DNA of 64,000 nucleotides, from assembly GCA_965645245.1 (NCBI GenBank), contig OZ287087.1:930001-994000 (forward strand), in the 5' to 3' direction. Origin of the DNA: Massalongia carnosa (lineage: Eukaryota). The notes below the pieces were generated by a model. It saw only the letters and a list, made by a program, of their open reading frames with translations. It was not told the DNA's origin and did not search any database. The position numbers were made by a program, and so were the translations under genes. Positions 38,901 through 51,000 of this stretch are shown one piece after another (position 1 is the first letter of the stretch; every line of letters starts with the position of its first letter).

Positions 38901-41202
38901 AACGAGCGACTACGAGTTCTATACGGGAAAGAGCATGAAAATCATACTATTGAGAATTTCTGGTAGTACGTTCATTTCACGGATGAGGCTCATTTCGACC
39001 CGGATCAAACGTACCAAGAGCGAGTTCTTCGAGAGGAAGGTACTAGATACGAGTCAGAAAACATGCAAAAGATGCCGGACATGAAGGGAGTAAAACTGCA
39101 TGTGGCCGCTTCTATTTCGTGGCATCATAAAGGGCCGCTGACGTTTTACAATGACGAGCACGACGCGCCTGAAATTCAGGTTCACAAGCCTAGAAAACAA
39201 CGCAAGCCGAAGTATGAAACGGAACATGATCATCGTCAGCGAATAGCTGAATGGGAGGCATCTCTACCTCACGATTTAGAGATTAAATCAAAGTGCAATA
39301 GCATGACTCAAGCTTATTATACGGAGCGTCTCCTTCCCGGCTATATGACTGAAATTCATTAATGTCGTGTTTTTCATGATCGATTTTGCATCTTTCAAGA
39401 AGATAACGATTCTAGTCACGGCACACGATCTACAGACAATATCGTACGTAGATTCAAGGCAGCTAGCTGGATTGAAACATTGAATTATCCTCCGCATTCC
39501 CATGATCTCAATCCAACGGAAGGGATATGGAATATTCTGAAACAGTGAGTTAGACGGCGACGGTGCAACAATGTGAGAGAGTTAAAACGGGTGATTCTAG
39601 ATGAATGGGACAAAATATCTATAGATGAAATTCGGGCCCGAATTAAGGAGATGCCTGATCGATGTAAGCGATTAATAGCGACGGAGGGCAAAGCAATAAA
39701 ATCCGATCTATGGTAAATTCTGATGATTTTGGTGAGGTGCATTGAAAATTTTGATGAGGGGCCCTGACCCCGATTAGGTAAAAACTTTTGACACCCACGT
39801 GTCCATTTATCGTCAATGAAGTAAGCATTGATGGCCAGATAACCTTGACGATTAAATGACGACCAACAATCCAAAGCCAGAGAGAGCTTTGAACTACCCC
39901 TAGGTAGCCTCTCGAGCAAAAGCGGAATAATCTCTTGACTTCGGGTCATCAAGCGATTCTTGGTTGTCGGTGGTGAAGGAAACTGTACATTATCGAGCAG
40001 ACAGTTAAACGCTCTTTGCAATTCGACATTGGCGATACTTCGTAACGGTAGCCCAAGAAATTGAGGCGTGAAATCATCCTTTTTTAGTCTACGCCCGTTG
40101 AGAGTTAAGGCCTCTTGTCTTTTTGCTTCAATCTAATATTGATTAGCAAAGCACGTAATGTGGTAGTCATTGTAGTAGTCATACTTCGGCATGATATCTA
40201 ACTTTTAAGGAAAGTTGCTTCATTCCTTTCAATGTCGACGTCTTTTTACAGGACTCGGAATTTAAGTGATTAGTCATGCAGTTATTTCCGGAGCGCGTGA
40301 GGGATGAGTCAAGACCAGGGTGCATCGCGAGCAGATTATTTTGGGATTACCATCGCCTACAGTGGCGCCTTCCTGAAACTCTTTCCATTCCGCCGCCTTT
40401 CTTTTGGTCGATCCCCAATCGATCTTCTTCATCGCCTTTCTACTCTTCTCTTCATTAGCAAAATGCCATCTCGTACTTCGCCACCATTCCATAAACTCCT
40501 CGCTCTTCTCGGCCACATATGCGTAGCATCTGGTGGGTTTGCCCACAACTTGAAGATCGTATATCTCTGAATCTATGATCTGCGAGCTGCTCATTGTTGC
40601 GAATGACGAGGATTGTATATATATGAATGTATATATAGGATGTAGCTGTAGGAATGTAGCTGTAGGAATGTAACTTTATTGACTAGATTATGCTGCGATA
40701 AAGCATTAATAACTACGTTTACGTTCTAAACACTCAGTCAAATCCAACGCATGCATACATATTCCACCTAAATTAGCCAACCCAACCTAGTCCTACTGAA
40801 CCTAACCTTACCCAACCTAACCTTATTGCCACGCGCGACTACTGATAACCTGTCTGCTTGCCTGTTTGATTTTAGATATGGCACCGAAGACTCCGCGCAA
40901 GCGTACGCGCAAACCTGCGCGAATTCCAAACCGAACACTCGACAGAATACCCGCACCAGGTGCCAGAACTGGTGCGATAAGAAAACCAACCACCAGGAAG
41001 AGTATGCCTGTTGGTATGTAGATGGTATAGTTGAGAATACATAAGATACTAACGCCGATCGCCACGTTGATAAGTCATGGTTATTGATTACCATTACTAA
41101 GCATGTGATTTGGGTAACCCAATGAGAACCCAGCCCGAACCCAACCCAACCCAACAATAACCCAACCCGAACCCAACCCAACCCAACCCATTCCGCGGCG
41201 TA
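35926..41202 (-). mobile_element. hAT transposon (inner copy, same family, inverted)
   Basis: Same TIRs; 8-bp TSD CTTGAGAC/CATGAGAC; minus-strand ORFs mirror those of the outer copy. Confidence 0.93.
38380..39801 (+). mobile_element. Tc1-like DD38E transposon (transposase 38481-39716 with three stops) inserted in the inner hAT
   Basis: ~30-bp TIRs CAC(A)GTGGGTGTCAAAAGTTTTTA.CTAAT; FTDEAHF...QEDND...DLNPTEGIW; flanked by TCC on both sides. Confidence 0.92.
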
Positions 41203-44200
41203 CATGAGACGTTATTCCCAAGCCGTTATGTTGCCGTCTGGCACGGCACATAGGATAGCTGTCTCATCTAACACTCGCGATGCTCCCAGATCTTGGCTCA
41301 TCCCACACTGGGCTCCGGAAATAACTGCATGACTAATCACTTAAATTCCGAGTCCTGTAAAAAGACGTCGAAATTGAAAAGAATGAAGCAACTTTCCTTA
41401 AAGGTTGGATATCGTGCCGAAGTATGAATACCTTAATGACTACCACATTACGTGCTTTGCTAATCAATATTAGATTGAAGCAAAAAGACAAGAGGCCTTA
41501 ACTCTCAACGGGCGTAGACTAAAAAATGATTATTTCACGCCTCAATTGCTTCGTATGATTGTTGCTCTTGGGCTTCCGTTACGAAGTGTCGCCAATGTCG
41601 AATTGCAAAGAGCGTTTAACTGTCTCCTCGATAATGTACAGTTTCCTTCACTATCGACAATCAAGAATCGTTTGATAACCCGAAGTCAAAAGATTAATCC
41701 GCTTTTGCTCGAGAGGCTACCTAGGGGTAGTTCAAAGCTCTCTCTGGCTTTGGATTGTTGGTCGTTATTTAATCGTCAAGGTTATCTGGCCATCAATGCT
41801 TACTTCATTGACGATAAATGGAATTATCACGAAGTGTTTCTTGCCTTCGAACACGTTGAAGGCTCACATATGGGAATAAAACTTTCTGAAGTATTGAACA
41901 GCGTTTTAATTAGACATTCTATTGAAGATCGTTTTTTGGCATTAACAACGGACAGTGCATCTAATAACACAACGATAGTAGATGAGTTGCGATGCATGAT
42001 ACGAAGCAATCGAGCCTTTGCACTTCTACACACTGATGCTAATGAGATACAGCGAGTGCCTTATTTATCGCATGTAATTCAACTTGCCGTGAAACAGCTT
42101 CTTGGGTGTATTCATATTAATCCCAAAAATGCCGATTTCAAAACTGGCTGGGATGATAAGCAAGATAGACGGGATTTCGAAAACCCGACACCTGGAGTTC
42201 CCCTTACGCTAGCTAAGTCAAGATTTATTTTGTGGTAGTCGTTGTGGTAGTCGTTCTAAATTTCGATTAGGTTCGAGCATTAGCTGTTTACATTAATAGT
42301 AGCAATTTACGTAAGGAGAACTTCTACGCTTTTCAACGAGCATTGAATGACGAAGAGAGACGCACTGGAAACTCGGTCAACGGTACAGTACTTAAGCTTT
42401 TTCAAGATGTAAATACTCGATGGGACTCCACTTGTCACATGTTAATTCGAGCGCTCAAGTTGCGACAAGCGCTGAATAGATATCATGATAAACATGAAGC
42501 CGAATATTTGAGATTGCTCGACGCGGAATAGTCACAGATAGAATATCTTATTGATTTAACGAAGCTATTCTGCATCTTCACAAAGATGATTGGTTAATCA
42601 AAGCAACCGACCATTCATCAGGTGTTTGAGATCTACAATAAGCTGTTCGATCATCCAGATCAAGCTCGCGCAAGATTATCTCGTAAGCGAGTATCGAGGA
42701 AACGTGCGCTATTGAATGGCATCGAGACGGCTGCAACGAAATTACGTCAATACTATTCTAAAACCCAGTGGTCAATAGGTTATCTATATGGAAAGGCGGC
42801 ATTGCTATCTCCCAATAAGAAGGACCTAATTTTCAAGGTTCCCAATTGGGATGCGCCCTATGGGGAAAGTCGATGGGAAGATCAATATTGGCAATCTCAT
42901 GAAGCGGAATTCGATATCAACGAGAATTCTCAAACCTCACATGTACGCGGGCGTAATGTCGCGGTCATTCGAGACTTGAATAATCTGGATCTTCTTCTGA
43001 GTACGAATAATACTACTCCGCTCGCTCTAGATGACGAGTTAAACTGCTATCGTCAGCGAGGTAGGTTAACTAATACTATAAATCAGATCTTTTCTCATTG
43101 TGTTCAACTTATTTACAATACACAGCGATGCATGATCGTTCGGGTCCTATTCTACAACTGTGGAAAGATCTCGAGCCGGAATTTCCACAAATGAGTATGG
43201 TTGCCAGGGACATCCTTGCTGTACCAGCCGCTGGCGTTGGAATTGAGCGCGTTTTTAGCGTTGCGGGAGCCCTTTACGATCATCGCAAGAATTTTCATCG
43301 GGATACATTCTCCGCGATAATGATGGTTCGTTTCTACGATCAGAAGGAGAATGCAGATGCAAGTTTACACGTAGATATGGAAGAAGAAGAAAGCATGAGT
43401 CTCCAGGATTTGACTAATGAGATGCAAAGGCGACATGAAGACCTAACACAGGTTTTTCAGAAGGTCTATATTAGTGATAAAGAAGACGATATCAATGACG
43501 AGGATCAGTTAACGCAGATCGGGTCATCGCAGGTTGAGCAGGTCTCAGCGCGAGATGTAAGCATCGAGTCACTTAATTTCAATTCTTCTTGAGCTAATTA
43601 TTCTACAGAAAAGTAAGATACGAACTTACAATAATAGAAACTCCATTCCCGAGCAACGCGATAGGAATAAGAGGATTGCAACGCGCACAAGAAGGGGTAG
43701 GCTTCAATCAATCGGGGAGGTGAAGGAGGGTATGATAGAGGAGGGTGTAGTGGATATGGTGGAGGAGGAGGAGGAGGACGAGGGTGTAGTAGATGAGGAG
43801 GAGGAGGAGGAGGAGGAAGGTGTGGTGGAGGATGAGGTAGAGGAGGGGGGTGGAGAGGGTGGGGGTGACAAGAAGGTGGAGAGTAAAGGAAGAGATGGCG
43901 AGAGACTTTCTTAACGAGTTTTGAATAGGAAGCGATGAATGGGCGACATACTTCGATATTTATTCGATAGAAGATAGCATATGAGTTTGTGATAGTCTTT
44001 ATGGTTGTTAGACGTCAACGAACTAAATGTTTTATCTATAATCTACATTTTACTTTGTGATAGTTATTAAAAAAAATCTACAATGATTGAAAATCCGGAA
44101 GGGGTGTGTCTAGGTAGCCGGAGAGGGTGTGTCTAGGTAGAGGATGGGGTGTCCATATGTATATCAGTACCCTTTTCTGTTGGTTAACCCAACGATAACC

Positions 44201-45001
44201 CAACCCAACCCAAAACCCATTGGGTTGGGTTCTTATTTTAATAACCCAACCCATTCCGCGGCGTAATTATGAAGAATCCGGGGAATTAATCACGTTTCAC
44301 CGTTGAATTCTTTTCCCAAAATCTTTCCCTCTAGATAGGTCCACGAACTGTGAGTAATACGTAATCGAGTGCCGTTACCGTGACTAAGATTGGGATACAA
44401 ATTCTGCAACAAAATAATCGGAGCTCTAAGTTTCAGTAGTAATTGTGAAGGTGGTAAAGACGATATTTGCTAGGGTTGTAAAAACTCAGGAGAAAGAAAG
44501 TCTCCTCGTTCCTGCGCCGTATCCTTCTCTATTTGATTAACGGAGTTCAATGTATGCGAATCGCCCTGCAATTTATTGAGTACTGCATCGTTTAAATCCG
44601 CTACGATATCGTTTCGCAAAGTCAAAATTGCTCGACTTGCGAAAGAATCCGCATCCAGATGAGCTTGCCGCATGCGATCCAAAGTAAAAACGGTGGCCAC
44701 GAAGCTGTCTAAGTTGTTCAATTGATTGACTTGTTCCGGTAGCTGGACACGACCGTAAAAAGCAGGATTATAAGATTTTTTCCCGATATATTCCGCAACC
44801 GCACTTGCGACTTCGTTACGAATTCGCATATTTTTACGCAAAAACAGTTTTTGAAATCGCGGCCACAGAAAGGTGTTTTCAATGTTCGCCGCAACGATGG
44901 CTTCCCGATTTCCACGGGGAAAAACGGGCAATATTTGAGCGAAATCTCCGCCTAACACTATCGGAAAACCTCCGAAAGATCATTATTGCTTAAAAGGTCT
45001 G

Positions 45002-48000
45002 TTTTGAATATCCAATTCCTACCAGCACAATGAACACCTATCAGTACGATGAAAATAGCACCTACGGCTGTCCTAGATGGACAGATCATCTACGGAAACC
45101 GTAGATGCCGCATTAGGCTTAGTCCCAAGATAAGATAAGATCACCTCGCTTAGAAGGGGGTGACCAGTAATAGGAAAAGATTGCTGCCTAGCAACTCTTC
45201 ATCCTTAACATCACGGTCATACATACCTTTATTATTACATAGCCATATAGCCATAGTCATACACCTATTTCAACAGGTTATGAGCCCGGAAGGGTGCTAT
45301 CGATTTAAACGAATCGAAACTTTTAATCCGCAGCTTCGCAGTGCAATCAGCTAAGCATCGTTCCTATTCAATGAATCGTAGACACATGACTAAAATCTTT
45401 CTGTGTCTTTAGAAACGATCCCTTAAATCACATCAATCAGTTCTCTCTTCTGTACACAGCGATTTCTTGTCAGAAGCACAAAAACTGCGTGTTAGAAAGA
45501 GCATGAACACATTGATCGTACTACACCGAAGCCCTCGGACACCAAAGAGCTTGCTAAGCTCGATGGTCGAAGGCACTCAAGTCCTCGGACACCAAAGAGC
45601 TTGCTAAGCTCGATGGTCGAAGGCAATCAAGTCCTCGGACACCAAAGAGCTTGCTAAGCTCGATGGTCGAAGGCAATCAAGTCCTCGGACACCAAAGAGC
45701 TTGCTAAGCTCGATGGTCGAAGGCAATCAAGTCCTCGGACACCAAAGAGCTTGCTAAGCTCGATGGTCGGAGGCATTCAAGTCCTCGGACACCAAAGAGC
45801 TTGCTAAGCCCGATGGTCGAAGGCACTCAAGTCCTCGGACACCAAAGAGCTTGCTAAGCTCGATGGTCGAAGGCAAGCAAGTCCTCGGACACCAAAGAGC
45901 TTGCTAAGCTCGATGGTCGAAGGCAAGCAAGTCCTCGGACACCAAAGAGCTTGCTAAGCCCGATGGTCGAAGGCACCCAAGTCCTCGGACACCAGAAGAG
46001 CTTGCTAAGCTCGCTGGTCGAAGGCACTTAAGTCCTCGGACACCAGAAGAGCTTGCTAAGCTCGATGGTCGAAGGCACCCAAGTCCTCGGACACCAGAAG
46101 AGCTTGCTACGCTCGATGGTCGAAGGCAATCAAGTCCTCGGACACCAAAGAGCTTGCTAAGCTCGATGGTCGAAGGCAATCAAGTCCTCGGACACCAAAG
46201 AGCTTGCTAAGCTCGATGGTCGAAGGCAATCAAGTCCTCGGACACCAAAGAGCTTGCTAAGCTCGATGGTCGGAGGCATTCAAGTCCTCGGACACCAAAG
46301 AGCTTGCTAAGCCCGATGGTCGAAGGCACTCAAGTCCTCGGACACCAAAGAGCTTGCTAAGCTCGATGGTCGAAGGCAAGCAAGTCCTCGGACACCAAAG
46401 AGCTTGCTAAGCTCGATGGTCGAAGGCAAGCAAGTCCTCGGACACCAAAGAGCTTGCTAAGCCCGATGGTCGAAGGCACCCAAGTCCTCGGACACCAGAA
46501 GAGCTTGCTAAGCTCGCTGGTCGAAGGCACTTAAGTCCTCGGACACCAGAAGAGCTTGCTAAGCTCGATGGTCGAAGGCACCCAAGTCCTCGGACACCAG
46601 AAGAGCTTGCTACGCTCGATGGTCGAAGGCACTCAAGTCCTCGGACACCAGAAGAGCTTGCTACGCTCGCTGGTCGAAGGCACCCAAGTCCTCGGACACC
46701 AGAAGAGCTTGCTACGCTCGATGGTCGAAGGCACCCAAGTCCTCGGACACCAAAAGAGCTCGCTAAGCTCGATGGTCGAAGACAAAAAAAGTATATTGCT
46801 GGCCCTGAGCGCCCCATTGGTTCAAAAATCATCAAAGCGTCAGTTCACCCGTGGTTGAGTTCTGGACACGCAAAAAATACAAAATCCCTCGGACATCAAA
46901 GAGCTTAGTAAACTCATTGATCGAAGGCACAAAGACATTTCTTTTTGGCAATTATGCCTCCTTAAGGCACTAGATGAGATTGTGCGGCAGTTGCCTCTTA
47001 TTATTTAACCGGCCTAAGGCCGGTTAAATCAAATTGGAATAACCCTGCGCTCAATTTGCTTTTGGGCAATTGGACCCTTGAAAAAGCCGGAGTTGAAATT
47101 CTCATCATGGCAAACAAGCATGTTAAGCAAACAGGTTTCTCTGTTGAGACATCAGAGTGGACACTGGCTAAGGAGGGACTGTTTTTTCCTTGTCTATAAG
47201 AAAGGTCACAGATCCACATTCTTTCAGTCACTACTAAGTTTCTCGCCTTGTTCAATTGCTCCCCATTCTCCCATTATGTCTATCATAGATACGTCACATC
47301 TTTTGTAGAAAGCCGAAAGATATTCGGGATGGGCAAGCTATACGAAGGGCATTCTGCTCAAGAACAACTGCGAAGGAGCCATTCTGGAGAATCAATCAGA
47401 AATCACCGCTGAAACCATCAAGGAAGGTTTAATACAAGCAGGCTTCGACGCCAAAGGTCTTTCAGTCAGCATCTTGGTAAAAGAACTGCGTGACTAGAAG
47501 AATAGACAGAAGGCCGAGATGACCAAGGCTATAGGAATCATTCACGGATTAGTTGCGGAGTGCCATTACAGCCTCATCGACAACAAGAATGTGGCAGAAA
47601 TGTGGAAAATCCTGAAGGATAGATTCCAAGATATAGCACCAATGAGCATCAGCGACATCATTCTGAAGGTTAGTTCCAAGAAGATGACCGACTTCGAGAC
47701 GACCAGTCTATACTGTGCATATTACGAGAGCGCTTTAAACAAGATTAAAGGAATGCTGGACGACAAGGCCAAAGTGGATGTGCATACCGTGGAGTTTATG
47801 CTTAAGGGAATGATGCTGGGTAACACCAGACGTCTATTCCCCATTGATAGCCCAACTTCGACGAGATTGAACATACGAAACCACAAACCTGTCGGAAGCA
47901 ATGAAGACCATTATTGCTTATTATGTCAACATGAAAATCACCAAGGCACTTCATATCAGCACACCTGACTCAAGAGGTCGAGCCCCATCAGGGAACTGCA

Positions 48001-51000
48001 CCTTCTCTTAATGTGTCAAGAGAAAGAACACTCGTCATTGGCTAGATACCTGTTTGCAGAAGTTTCCACAGTTAAAAAGACATAGAAGTTCGCTCGAATC
48101 CGGAAGAGCAAAGGAACAAAAGACTACCTCGTTAGAAACGAAGGCGGACTTATCTCATACATCAACCAACATTTCAACGACCATTGACACTCCAGATTTG
48201 AGGATGCATTTGAGCAAAGTGGACGAGGATACCTATCCAAGGACTGGACGTCATTATCTGTTAAATCAAAACTCACTACATGGCATGGAAGGCTTGGTCA
48301 TCTCAACATAGCAACGTGTCGAAAATATCTGAAAACGCTAGACATAACGTACGATGACGATATCAACCACGGTTGGTTTTGCCATGCATGCGAAATGGGA
48401 AAAGCCAAAAAGATATACAACCGAACACGGCAAGAGAAGGCCACAGAGCTCTTTCAAAAGATAAACTCTGACCTAGTGGGACTAATCAAGCCATCAGGAC
48501 TTCTTGAAGAACTTTACCTCTTCACTTTCACCTGTGATGCTAGCAGATACACTCATGTCTATACCGGACACAAGAAGAGTGAATGGTTTGATCACTTGTT
48601 GACATACTACAGCATGGCTCAAAACAAAGCCGGAGAGGCTAAACTCATAAGCAGTTTGCGCACTGACTTCGGCGCGGAGCTTCGCAGTCACAAGTCAGAC
48701 GTTTGGTCCTTGGAACAAGGCATAACGTTTGAAACAGCTGCTCCATACTCTCAAGATGAAAACGGAGTCGCGGAACGAATGGGCAGAACCATCATAGACA
48801 TGACAAGATGCAGTGTCATTGCCGGAGACATTCCAGACTACTTGTGGGCAGAAGTGGTTCTAGCCATGGTTCACACCAAGAACGTCAGACCAACCAACGC
48901 CTTAGCAGGTAAAACCCCGTATGAGATCTTCGAGAAGAAGTCACCTAAGCTGGATCACCTGAGAATTCTCGGATCTGCAGTCTATGCATTAATTCACGAA
49001 GAAGAGCGAAAAGGAATAAACAGCAAGGCTGTTTAAATTTTCTCCGAGGGCTCAGAAAGGAATCCTGTGTGGATATGACAGAAGCACCATCTATCGCGTC
49101 TTTATGGAAAAGACTACAAGGTCATCAGGGTCAAGAACTTACGAATTCATGAAGACGCCACATTCAAGGATAGGACCGATCTACCCACGTACGACTCAAC
49201 ATATCATCGAGCAATGAACTCCAAATACGCAAACGAATGGAGTCAGTCTGGGTAATGGATGAGATCAAAAGTCTGCTGGAGAATAAAACCTGGGATACAT
49301 TACCTACCGATTCCATGGAACCCGAACATATAGTCTTAAGTGGCAAATGAGTATTCAAGCTGAAACGGGATGTAAATGAAAAGATCGTTCGCTTTAAAGC
49401 CAGATGGGTTTTCAAGGATATCTCCAACAATACTGAGTAGATTTCGATCAAACCTTTGCATCTATGGCCAAACAATAGCTTTTCGCTTGCTACTCGCGTT
49501 AGCTGCTCATCATTATCTGCACATCGAGCGACTGGATATAGTGACAGCTTTTCTGAACGGTCTCATTATCAACTCATCTATGTCCACATGCCGAAAGGAT
49601 ATGACAGAGCTGGCATGGTGTGTAGGTTGAACAAAGCCCTGTACGGTTTGAACAGTCTCCGCGTCCCTGGTATGAACGACTGTCAGCTTTTCTATTGAGC
49701 AAATTAGGATTGGAGAAACTCCACGCAGATCATAACATTTTCGTCACACCTCAAGGGATAAAAGGACACATTGTTACCTCTTTCGTTGACGATTTGAACA
49801 TCATAAGCCCAAAGGGTTCCCCGATGATCACAGAAGTCAAGAAACAGCTCAAGTTAGCTTTCAAGATGGTAGACATGGGACCAATCAGCTACTATCTAGG
49901 CCTTAAAGTCGAACGAGATCGAGTCAACAAAACCATAAAGCACTCCCATGCGAGAAGGCTGTCTCTTCATCAATGAATTTCAGGACTCCGACAAGGACAT
50001 AAAGCAATATCAAAGCATGGTCGGATCCATCACGTTCGCAATGATAGAAACCAGGCCAGACATAGCTTTCGCAACGTCCGTAATCAGTCGAAATGCAAAG
50101 AATCCAGGCAAAACACATATGGAAGCGGCCAAACACATTCTCAGATACCTTAGCGGTACCAAGAATAGAGACATCACCTTCGACAAATAGCAGCGAAAAT
50201 CCAACTGGGGTTATGTGTTCATGCTGAACAATGGACCAATAAGCTGGTGTTCCAAAAGACAAATAACCGTCACATTGTCATCAACCGAAGCAGAGTATAT
50301 GGCACTCACCTTAGCAGCAAAGGAGGCAACATGGCTACGTTTACTGATGACCGAACTCGGATTGATGACTTCTGATGACGGATCCCCGACAATAAACGTG
50401 TTAAGAGGAGAAGGCACAATTGCATTGAAAGGCGACAATCAAAGCGCCATAGCACTGGCCAATAACCCCGTATTACACTCCAGGACCAAGCATATCGACA
50501 TTCAGCACTACTTCATACGAAACGAGGTGCTAGAAGGAAGAATCGACCTCACCTATGTTCCGACCGAAGACATGATTGCAGATGGACTGACAAAAACCCT
50601 CATGCACGTCAAGTTCTTCTCCTTTATCAGACAGCTCAACATGGACAAACAGACATGAGAGTTAAAGAAGTTCAACCACGGTTGAATCCACGATGGAAAC
50701 AAGTACTGGTAGGACTTGAGGGGGCGTGTTGAATATCCAATTCCTACCAGCACAATGAACACCTATCAGTACGATGAACATAGCACCTACGGCTGTCCTA
50801 GATGGACAGATCATCTACGGAAACCGTAGATGCCGCATTAGGCTTAGTCCCAAGATAAGATAAGATCACCTCGCTTAGAAGGGGGTAACCAGTAATAGGA
50901 AAAGATTGCTGCCTAGCAACTCTTCATCCTTAACATCACGGTCATACATACCTTTATTATTACATAGCCATATAGCCATAGTCATACACCTATTTCAATA
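45002..51000 (+). mobile_element. Two-LTR Ty1/Copia element with decayed gag-pol
   Basis: 274-bp LTRs 45002-45275 and 50727-51000; TSD GTCTG; PBS GGTTATGAGCCC; PPT GAGGGGGCG; integrase (LRTDFGAE, ENGVAERM), RT (SFVDDL) and RNase H ([23 protein letters not shown]) remnants. Confidence 0.95.
45528..46785. repeat. 50/51-bp tandem array (~25 units) in the Copia 5' leader
   Basis: Unit GTCCTCGGACACCAAAGAGCTTGCTAAGCTCGATGGTCGAAGGCAATCAA repeated with no spacers. Confidence 0.97.

Larger units (their letters stand above)
35238..41273. mobile_element. Solo LTR split by an L3 LTR and the inner hAT
   Basis: TGTTGAG...CTAACA termini with exact TSD CTCGC (35233-35237, 41274-41278); transposase reading rejoins across it. 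Confidence 0.88.
34985..43592 (+). pseudogene. Intron-containing hAT transposase of the outer copy (coding pieces ~34985-35237 and 41274-43592)
   Basis: hAT catalytic and dimerisation motifs; apparent short introns near 41403-41473, 42217-42270 and 43061-43125; stops present. Confidence 0.85.
34333..44265 (+). mobile_element. hAT transposon (outer copy)
   Basis: TIRs TACGCCGCGGAATGGGTTGGG / CCCAACCCATTCCGCGGCGTA; exact 8-bp TSD ATTATGAA; subterminal (GGGTT)n; transposase SLALDCWS, LTTDSASNN, DVNTRWDST, ARDILAVPAAGVGIERVFS. Confidence 0.95.

Noticed and set aside
45528..46785. CRISPR-like array of palindromic repeats
   Set aside because: Units are contiguous with no unique spacers, there are no cas genes, and the context is a eukaryotic LTR element
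45904..46858. Repetitive ORFs (GVRGLGCLRPSS...)
   Set aside because: Translation by-products of the 51-bp units; the 50-bp units break the frame
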